Source of the DNA: Candidatus Heimdallarchaeota archaeon
GTDB taxonomy: Archaea; Asgardarchaeota; Heimdallarchaeia; Heimdallarchaeales; Heimdallarchaeaceae
NCBI GenBank assembly: GCA_016839945.1
Contig: JAEOTE010000027.1
Location: 1-64,000 of the forward strand
DNA length: 64,000 nt
Reading direction: 5' to 3'
Program-made: the position numbers and the translations under genes
The notes under the pieces: model-generated
What the model was told of the DNA's origin: nothing
The model's database searches: none
Seen by the model: the letters and a program-made list of their open reading frames with translations, nothing else
Part shown: one piece after another, positions 47,192 through 55,045 of the stretch
Numbering within the stretch: position 1 is the stretch's first letter
Layout: each line of letters opens with the position of its first letter

Positions 47192-48473
47192 TGAAATTAA
47201 AGAATCACAGTCCTTCTTTTATTCCCCAAAAGATGTTGTTGATGTAGTAAGTGAGTTTCAAAAACTCTTTTCTAAACTGGAATCAAATATCAAGCATTTC
47301 ATTGTATCTCAACCAACATTCTTAATTGAATTGAGGAGAAAAATTAAAACAGAAATAGGGTTTCTATCACCACAAAAGAAAGATATGGCTTTGGCTATTT
47401 TTGGTATAATCGTTACAGAAGATATAATAAAGAAATATGACCCTATCTTCTTTGCTGAGGATATCTCAGCTTTGATGGATGCTACAGATAAGAAAACATC
47501 ATGTACAGATGATGAATTTATTGGATTGTTAACATCATTCCTGAATACTCTAAAAACAGTTACTCATTCAATCACTATAATAATAAACAACTTCATATCG
47601 TTGAAAAGCTTAAACCTTGAGGATAGAATAACAAGACAGATTCTTATACAAAGGCATTTTTCAACTGCTTTAACAGAAGCTAACCTCTGCTTTGAAGTTG
47701 GAGAATTTAAAATAGATTTACGTTTCATTATTTCCATATTTGCACATATTATAGAAAAACTATTAGAAGAAAATGAAGTTATTGAAAAAGCAAAATCTGC
47801 TGGTATGATATATGAAGGGATAATTAAAACATACCCATTGAAAGAGGGTGAAGATATTCTCTATGATATAATCAATATTAATATAATTGAGTCCTATTAT
47901 GATTTGATTTCTCAAGCTTTCGAATCAAAGATTCAGAAAAGACTAGAAGTAGCTCATGAACAGCAAGTTGAAATTCAAAGAGAATTTCAAAGATCATCAG
48001 AACAACAAACAGATCAAGGTAGAATAGAACAAATTTTGGCTTCTATTGAGCAAGCACTTTATGAAGTAATGAAAATTCAAAGAGAAATGACAGAAGCTAA
48101 ACGTCAAAACCTAGAGAAAAACATTGAGAAAGTTATGCGAAGATTAGCTATTGAAGAGTTTGGTGTTCAAGATATAGCTGATCAACAAAAGTATATGCAA
48201 TATGTCTTAGATACTTGGTTTAGTATATTCGAGGAATACCCACAAATGTGTTTACCTCTAATCGATGTAAAACAGTATACCAAATTTGTTTCAGATCCTG
48301 TTGAATATATTGAAGAAAATAAACAAACGATAATACAGCAACTTCAATTTAAGATAAGAAGGCATACTACAGGTGAAAGATTCACTCCAGGTAATTTGGC
48401 TAATGCTTTTTCCCATATAATTTATGAAATAACTACAAATTCTTCAGTACTAACTCTAACTTTTGATAAATAA
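47184..48473 (+). CDS. All-alpha hypothetical protein with central coiled coil
   Basis: ATG at 47184 after AGGAGTG, overlapping the upstream stop by 8 nt; Q/E-rich heptad region. Confidence 0.75.
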   Translation: MSDEIKESQSFFYSPKDVVDVVSEFQKLFSKLESNIKHFIVSQPTFLIELRRKIKTEIGFLSPQKKDMALAIFGIIVTEDIIKKYDPIFFAEDISALMDATDKKTSCTDDEFIGLLTSFLNTLKTVTHSITIIINNFISLKSLNLEDRITRQILIQRHFSTALTEANLCFEVGEFKIDLRFIISIFAHIIEKLLEENEVIEKAKSAGMIYEGIIKTYPLKEGEDILYDIININIIESYYDLISQAFESKIQKRLEVAHEQQVEIQREFQRSSEQQTDQGRIEQILASIEQALYEVMKIQREMTEAKRQNLEKNIEKVMRRLAIEEFGVQDIADQQKYMQYVLDTWFSIFEEYPQMCLPLIDVKQYTKFVSDPVEYIEENKQTIIQQLQFKIRRHTTGERFTPGNLANAFSHIIYEITTNSSVLTLTFDK

Positions 48474-48607
48474 GAATAACTCCCTCCTACGCATTTGGTA
48501 ATACTGCTTCAAGAAAAAATACTTAAAAAAACTTCGATTGAAGAAGAAACTGCCTAGACAACAAAAAAAAGAATAAATTTTTATCATAGAAAGAAACTGA
48601 CTTCTTG

Positions 48608-49450
48608 ATGAGTGAAGAAATTGAATTTAAAGAAATGAAAGATTTTGGTGAATACGACATTCTAGAGGACATTCAAAAAGATGCTTGGGGAATGCCTGCA
48701 AGAGAGTTAGTCCCCAAAAGGTTAATGTATGCCACACTCAAAAGTGGGGGGGTAGTTATTGGTGCTTACAAGGGAGAAGAGATTATAGGTTATTGCTGGG
48801 GTTGGGTCGGAAAAAAAGAAAAAAACGAATTTTTCATTTACTCTCATCACAATGCTGTAAGAAAAGAGTACCAGAACAGTAGTATTGGATACAATTTGAA
48901 ATTAAAACAAAGAGAATGGGCTCTAGATCATGGTTATGAACAAATAAACTGGACATTTGATCCACTTCAATCTAAAAACTGTTACTTGAATTTTCACAAA
49001 TTGGGAGTAGTTTGCAATTCTTACAATACAAAATATTGGGGAGACATGCATGACAATCTCAATAGAGGTATTGATACAGATCGTTTCTACTGTAATTGGA
49101 TCTTGAATTCTCAAAATGTTCAAAAACATATCAAACAAGATTTTACTGATTACAGCAAGCTAAGTTTACATCGAAAGTATCATACCATTGAAACGGAAAT
49201 GGAAGACGCTTTTGTTTGTGTCAGAAAGATAAAACTTGAACTTGAATTACCAATACTGTTTGCTAGAACTCCTCCTAATTTTCAAGAAATATTAGAAAAC
49301 AATATAGAATTAATTAAAGATTGGAGAGAGAAAACTAGAGAAGTTTTTACAACATATTTTCAAAATGGTTACAAAGTTGTAGATTTTGTTATCAGGAAAA
49401 TTCCAGAAGTAGTAGATTGTTTCCACGTATTGAAAAAAAATGAGGATTAG
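48608..49450 (+). CDS. GNAT acyltransferase (COG3375-like, putative D-amino-acid N-succinyltransferase)
   Basis: GGVVIGAY, YSH..AV, LKLKQREWAL, WTFDPLQ.KN..LN.HKLG, TDRF. Confidence 0.88.
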   Translation: MSEEIEFKEMKDFGEYDILEDIQKDAWGMPARELVPKRLMYATLKSGGVVIGAYKGEEIIGYCWGWVGKKEKNEFFIYSHHNAVRKEYQNSSIGYNLKLKQREWALDHGYEQINWTFDPLQSKNCYLNFHKLGVVCNSYNTKYWGDMHDNLNRGIDTDRFYCNWILNSQNVQKHIKQDFTDYSKLSLHRKYHTIETEMEDAFVCVRKIKLELELPILFARTPPNFQEILENNIELIKDWREKTREVFTTYFQNGYKVVDFVIRKIPEVVDCFHVLKKNED

Positions 49451-49506
49451 TACAAATATATATAGTGAATTATTGTTTATTATGCAAATACATACATGGT
49501 GTTAAA

Positions 49507-50613
49507 ATGAAGATAGATAAAATTGGGATATTCCTTGTTAAAATGGAGTTAAAACACCCTTTCAGAACAAGCTTTGGAGTTACAAAAGAACGAGATGTAT
49601 TATTAGTCAGTCTGCACTCGGGAGATAAAACTGGGTGGGGAGAATGTGTAGCAGAACATGGACCATGGTATAGTGAAGAGACAATTACATCATGTAAACA
49701 CACAATCACAGAATATATTATTCCTTGGATAAAGAAAGCTAAATTTGACCACCCCAAAGAATTTCCAAGTATTGTTCAAAAAATCAAAGGGAACCATATG
49801 GCTAAAGCATGTGTTGAAGATGCGATTTGGGATTTATATGGTAAATTAGAAGAAAAAACTCTCAGAGAATTAATTAAGGGAGAGAAAAAAACGATCCCTT
49901 CGGGAATATCTTTAGGTATTCAACAGGATTTTGAAACATTATTAAAGAAAATTCAAAATGCAATTGAGCAAAAATACAAAAGAATTAAGATAAAAATCGA
50001 ACCAGGTTGGGATGTTGAAATAGTTAGAAAAATTAGGGATAAGTATTCTGATTTACCATTAATGGTTGATGCTAACAGTGCTTACAGATTAAAAGATGAG
50101 GATGTCTTCTTAGCCCTAGACAAATATGATTTAATGATGATAGAACAACCTCTCCAAAGTTATGATATTATGGATCATGTCAAACTGCAGAAGAAACTAA
50201 GCACTCCACTTTGTTTAGATGAATCAATAAAATCTGTTGATGACGCCAGAGTAGCAATTGAGTATGATGCATGTAAAATCATAAATGTAAAACCTGCAAG
50301 AGTAGGAGGAATAACTGAAACATTGAAAATTCACGAATTAGCTGATTTACTTAAAATACCTTTATGGTGTGGAGGTATGCTAGAAACTGGAATAGGTAGA
50401 GCAAAAAATGTTGCAGTAGCTAGTTTGTCAACATTTACGTTACCAAATGACATTAGTGAAAGTGCAAGATATTATACAAATTATCTAATAGATCCAATTT
50501 TTGAATTAACAGAGAATGGAACACTAGATGTACCATCTAAACTTCCAGGAATTGGAGTTTCAATTAAGAATGAAGCAATAGAAAGAAACCTAAAAGAGAA
50601 ATTAGAATTGTAA
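49507..50613 (+). CDS. menC: o-succinylbenzoate synthase / N-acylamino-acid racemase (NSAR/OSBS subfamily)
   Basis: PFRTSFG, GWGECVA, KIKIEPG, DANSAY, IEQP, LDES, NVKPARVGG, WCGGMLETGIGR, DIS.S.RY. Confidence 0.9.
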   Translation: MKIDKIGIFLVKMELKHPFRTSFGVTKERDVLLVSLHSGDKTGWGECVAEHGPWYSEETITSCKHTITEYIIPWIKKAKFDHPKEFPSIVQKIKGNHMAKACVEDAIWDLYGKLEEKTLRELIKGEKKTIPSGISLGIQQDFETLLKKIQNAIEQKYKRIKIKIEPGWDVEIVRKIRDKYSDLPLMVDANSAYRLKDEDVFLALDKYDLMMIEQPLQSYDIMDHVKLQKKLSTPLCLDESIKSVDDARVAIEYDACKIINVKPARVGGITETLKIHELADLLKIPLWCGGMLETGIGRAKNVAVASLSTFTLPNDISESARYYTNYLIDPIFELTENGTLDVPSKLPGIGVSIKNEAIERNLKEKLEL

Positions 50614-50629
50614 ATATCAAGTTTTTCTT

Positions 50630-51637
50630 TTATACTTCTAATGGAGATATTGTCCAAAAAATAGCTTCTAACATCTTCGATTTAAAATCATATGTAGTTG
50701 TGAAACTTGCTGAAAAGAATGGCATTCCAGCAATATAACGTTGAAGTCCTGTGAAAAATTTTGCATAAGAAGTGCTTGCTTTTTCAATGTTATCTGGTAG
50801 AGAAACTACAAGTGCAATTTTCAGATTTGACTTCAAATTTGAAAGTAAATCAAATATTGGTTTGTATTTTTTAGTACCTACATCTACTAAGAATATCAAA
50901 GCTTCTTGGGAATTTATGAAATCTTCATCTGCATGAGTATCTCTTCTGAAATTAAAAGAATAGTTTGCAGTTTTAATCAATGCTTTATTTTCATCATAAT
51001 TAGTTTCTTTATAGGGAAGTGATGAAAGAAAAGAGGAGTAATAGGTTTTTACTAAACTTATGTATTCTTTTGGATAGATAATTGCAAGATTTTTTCGCTT
51101 TATTCTCTTTTTCGAAGCTTCTTTAACAACTAAGAAATCTATGATTTGCTCAGACAGAGTACTTGCTTGTTGAGAGCTAAGTAAATTTGTTACAATTTTA
51201 TTATATGATTTTATGATATCGCCTAAGAAAGTTTTGTTAATTTCTTCAATTTTATAGACATTATGAAATTTATAAATCAGAATTTTTGCCAGTTCTTCGC
51301 GAAAAGCATCTATTTTTGATACCATTTCAGGTACTAACATTAGGATTAATCCTAGTGTTTTCTTCTTCATCCTTTTATCTTTCATTTTCTTATCTTCAAC
51401 AATAAAAGAAAAAGCATATTGAACAAAACCAGAAGAAAAAGCAAAAGGAAATGGTCCAAATAATTCTGAAGGTAAATCATCAAGTGTTATCATACCTTGA
51501 AACACTAGAGAATAAGTTATTGATCCAGAAAATTGGAATTTCTCAATTACTGTTTCATCAAACTCAACATTTTTGTCTACTACCATGTTTACGAGACTAG
51601 GTCCAACATCTTCTAGTTTGAACAAACAAATAAGCAT
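50630..51637 (-). CDS. uDENN/longin-like domain plus degenerate small-GTPase-like domain
   Basis: N-terminal LFKLEDVGP, LFGPFP, FSF...D...KD.R; C-terminal ALIFLVD, IALVV, PFFSAS without a P-loop. Confidence 0.5.
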   Translation of the reverse strand: MLICLFKLEDVGPSLVNMVVDKNVEFDETVIEKFQFSGSITYSLVFQGMITLDDLPSELFGPFPFAFSSGFVQYAFSFIVEDKKMKDKRMKKKTLGLILMLVPEMVSKIDAFREELAKILIYKFHNVYKIEEINKTFLGDIIKSYNKIVTNLLSSQQASTLSEQIIDFLVVKEASKKRIKRKNLAIIYPKEYISLVKTYYSSFLSSLPYKETNYDENKALIKTANYSFNFRRDTHADEDFINSQEALIFLVDVGTKKYKPIFDLLSNLKSNLKIALVVSLPDNIEKASTSYAKFFTGLQRYIAGMPFFSASFTTTYDFKSKMLEAIFWTISPLEV

Positions 51638-51676
51638 GTTTTTAGTAATGCAGATTCACTTTAAAATCTATTGTTG

Positions 51677-52192
51677 TTATGATAAAAGCTGGGAGATGAG
51701 AGAAATTACTTCTTCTTCATTCTTAGCTTCATAAATCACATCTAATCTTTTATTGTCAATCTTTTCTCCTGCTAATTTGTCAGACCAACCACCTGATGTA
51801 GAAATTGATATTATTTTTTTATTCATTTGCCATGCAAATGCTATTTCAGAAAGAGTTCCTGCTCCTCCACCAATTGAAATTACGATATCAGAGGATGCAA
51901 TTATTATCTGATTTCTTGAATAAGACATACCTGTAGCTATTTTTATGTCTATGTAAGGATTCGTTGAAGAAGTATCTAAAGAAGGGAGGATACCAACAGT
52001 CATACCTTCTTTATAATTTGATGATTCTTTTGCTCCTTTACATATTGAACTCATAACTCCCCCTAAACCTCCGCACAAAATTCTATAATCATTATCAATT
52101 AATAATTGTCCTAGTTTCTCTGTCATTTTACTTAGATCTGAATTTTCTGCTATATCTCCAAAACCTATAACAGCAACTTGTACTTTTACCAT
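51677..52192 (-). CDS. LOG/TIGR00725 family protein
   Basis: CGGLGGVM, VGILP, TGM..SRN, GGGAGTLSEIAFA. Confidence 0.9.
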   Translation of the reverse strand: MVKVQVAVIGFGDIAENSDLSKMTEKLGQLLIDNDYRILCGGLGGVMSSICKGAKESSNYKEGMTVGILPSLDTSSTNPYIDIKIATGMSYSRNQIIIASSDIVISIGGGAGTLSEIAFAWQMNKKIISISTSGGWSDKLAGEKIDNKRLDVIYEAKNEEEVISLISQLLS

Positions 52193-52232
52193 AAATGAAA
52201 TTAAAAGTTAAAGGTAAAAAATATATCTGAAA

Positions 52233-54812
52233 TTAAGACTCTTCTTTATGCATTTTACTAATATGCATTTTTAATCCACGAGAAGATTTGAATGATTTAT
52301 CACAATTTGGGCATTCAAAACTTAGTTCTTCCTCAGGTTCTTCCTTAACTTCTATCTTAGGTTCTTTAATTTCCTCAGTAACTTCTTCTTTAACTTCCTC
52401 TACTACTTCTTCTTCAGCTTCTTCAGTGACTTCATCCTTAGCTGCTTCTTCAATTTCTTCCTTAACTATATACAATCGACCATCTAAAAGTTCTATACGA
52501 GCTGAAATTTCTTCCTTAAGAATCATATCATAGATTATTTTTTCTGTTTTTTCAATTGGGTGACCAATCCTTTCAGCAAATAATTCTAGTGGAATAGATC
52601 CAACTTTTGAAAGACTAACAATATATTTTCTTTTTGTCATCTCATATTCAATAGTTTCAGGAATTGTTCTTCCTTCAAGTGTTTCTAATAATTGCTCGTA
52701 AGTTCCATCTTTGTATGTTTTAAGTATGTTTTGAACAATAGTTTTGAATGAATCACTAGCATGTAAATCTGATAGCTGAGTAATAAAATCTTCAATTGTT
52801 TTCATTGAATCGCACATAATTAGAGAGATACCAACAGAAAAACCATCAAACATAGATAAAAATAGAATAATTCTTTCTAATAATTGATTATTAGATTCTT
52901 CTTTTTCAGCTTCTGAACCATATATCTTAACTAATACCCTAGTAACAAGATTTTGTAATTCAACATCTGTTACTGCAAAAACGTTCACAAGTCTTCTGAG
53001 TTTGTTTTCTAAGTAGATATCATCTGTTTCCATATATTTCAAGATGAAACTTTCAACAGTGAATTTTGCAACTAATAATGAACTTTTTACAACTAAAGCA
53101 GCTGTTCTAACATTTTGATAGAATTCTTTCTCTTCTTTTGTATTAATTGTAGCTTCTAATAACTCTTCTAATCTTTCTGTGTAAAAATCTGGTTTATGAG
53201 CTGAGAGATAAGTAATTATTGTGGCTATTTTCTCTTCAGGATTTCTTTCTCTCAATGTGAATAGCTTCTTCATCATCATTTGATATATTTTGTCTATCAA
53301 GAATGGGTTGTTATGTAAAGAGAGTAAATCAGAAAATACAACTTCAACTCCTGCAGCATCAGAAGCAATAGCTCTGTCTATAAATGAAGATATAATGTGT
53401 TCATCAACATCCAGAGAATCTAAATCTTCCAACTCAAACTGTGTTATTTGTTCAATTCCTGGTAGAGCAAATTGATTATCTCCTTTGGAGAGTACAATTT
53501 CACTAGGTTCGATTTGATCTTTTGGTGGAGGTGTTGGAATAGATGTTGTTTCTGTATCTATAACTTCCATCTCAAATTCATCTGTAAGAGATTCAACTTC
53601 ACCTTCAGTGTCTTCAATTAATATAGTTGGTTCATCACTTTTTTCCTCTTCCACTTCTGGTTGGGTTTCTTCAACCAAAAACGTTCTAACTTCTTCTGCT
53701 ACTTCATCAATAGTATGTAGTACTTCTTCTTGTTCTTCTTCTTTCTTAGATTCTCTTGCTCTGAAAAGATTTACAAGTTTTTCTCTTAACCCTTCTATAG
53801 CTTTTCTAGGCTCTACTTGGATTGTTTCTAATGAAAGATCAATTGATTTTAGCAATGTATCAAGAAATTCCGTAGATTTTTGATTTTCTGAAGTTAAATT
53901 CTCAACAATTACTGTTATTCCAGATTCTCTTAGTTTTGGAACAAGATCCATGTTTTTCTCATCAATTATTACAGTATCAACTGATTCTTCCATGAGACTT
54001 ACAAGGTTTTCAAGGCTAGGTTCAAATTCGGATTTTTGTAAGATGTTTTGTTCTAGTTGAGTAATTTCATTTCCAGGCCAAAAAGGTGATACAAAAGCAA
54101 TTTCACCAGATGTTTTTTGCAAAACATCTCTGAATGCTGAGGATTGTAAAACAACAAACATTGATACAATGTCTGTTGGTATAATTATAACTCCAGAAGC
54201 TGACACAATCCTTTTTGTTGCTTCATTGCAGACTTTCATCTTATCAATTGCTTCTAAATCTATTATTCCTGTAATTTCAACATCATTTTGTTCTTTGGTT
54301 TTATTATTATTTTTTGCATTTGTTTTTTTCAATTCTAACTCATTAGAAACAAGGAATTGACGAACAGGAACTTCAACATCTCCTTCTTTGATATGAAGAA
54401 TCCTGGTTTCTTCAAAAAGTGGGAAAATAAACTCATCCTCAAAAATTGCTTTTGAAATTTGTTTCCACGCAGTTAGATAGTCTTTTGTCTCTGGTTTAAC
54501 ATTTGTTGCATACTTCGATATTAAATAATTCAAAGTAGATAGATGAAGTGGATTGTAAAATTCAAAAAATTGACCAAGAGTTTCAAAAACTGCTAAAGAA
54601 TCCATACTCTGTTTTGCAATAATCTCAATTACATTAGTAAACTCTAAACTATAGTTTAGGATTTTGGATGGATCAGCGTGGTGAATCTGAAAGTCCAGAG
54701 AGTTATTAGTTATGATCGAAAAGGGAATAATTTCTTTGTTTAGTATTTCCTCAAGGAAGGGACTTACTCTACACCCCACGCAGATTATTGCTATTTCTTG
54801 TTCTGATGACAT
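52233..54812 (-). CDS. Multidomain protein: degenerate CofD/YvcK-like fold, acidic linker, helical solenoid, PCI-like winged helix, C2H2 zinc finger
   Basis: CofD-like ASGVIIIPTD.VS...AFVSPF and VIIDEKN; PCI-like SIPLELFAERIG...EKIIYDMILKEEISARI; FECPNCDKSFKSSRGLKMHISKMH. Confidence 0.65.
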   Translation of the reverse strand: MSSEQEIAIICVGCRVSPFLEEILNKEIIPFSIITNNSLDFQIHHADPSKILNYSLEFTNVIEIIAKQSMDSLAVFETLGQFFEFYNPLHLSTLNYLISKYATNVKPETKDYLTAWKQISKAIFEDEFIFPLFEETRILHIKEGDVEVPVRQFLVSNELELKKTNAKNNNKTKEQNDVEITGIIDLEAIDKMKVCNEATKRIVSASGVIIIPTDIVSMFVVLQSSAFRDVLQKTSGEIAFVSPFWPGNEITQLEQNILQKSEFEPSLENLVSLMEESVDTVIIDEKNMDLVPKLRESGITVIVENLTSENQKSTEFLDTLLKSIDLSLETIQVEPRKAIEGLREKLVNLFRARESKKEEEQEEVLHTIDEVAEEVRTFLVEETQPEVEEEKSDEPTILIEDTEGEVESLTDEFEMEVIDTETTSIPTPPPKDQIEPSEIVLSKGDNQFALPGIEQITQFELEDLDSLDVDEHIISSFIDRAIASDAAGVEVVFSDLLSLHNNPFLIDKIYQMMMKKLFTLRERNPEEKIATIITYLSAHKPDFYTERLEELLEATINTKEEKEFYQNVRTAALVVKSSLLVAKFTVESFILKYMETDDIYLENKLRRLVNVFAVTDVELQNLVTRVLVKIYGSEAEKEESNNQLLERIILFLSMFDGFSVGISLIMCDSMKTIEDFITQLSDLHASDSFKTIVQNILKTYKDGTYEQLLETLEGRTIPETIEYEMTKRKYIVSLSKVGSIPLELFAERIGHPIEKTEKIIYDMILKEEISARIELLDGRLYIVKEEIEEAAKDEVTEEAEEEVVEEVKEEVTEEIKEPKIEVKEEPEEELSFECPNCDKSFKSSRGLKMHISKMHKEES

Positions 54813-55045
54813 TAATTAGACACCAAATATGGATTCTGCGGATAGTTCACCTATCGAATATACACATGACTATGTGAGAATTGCATTCATAAACGTTGTC
54901 ATGGGTTACATAGGCATCCTTTCAAACTAGAACCCTTTTACACTTACAAAAGTTCATTTCTTTATAAACTAAAACTATTAAATAAAATCATAACTTTGAG
55001 AAAATATACTCAATTAGAAGCAAAAATAACGATTTTTTACTAATA

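Noticed and set aside
54860-54957. SECIS-like element or Cys-rich micro-ORF in the intergenic
   Set aside because: The ATGA-stem lacks the 3' GA of the SECIS core and is on the strand opposite both flanking genes. The minus-strand ORF is only 11 codons (MNFCKCKRVLV).
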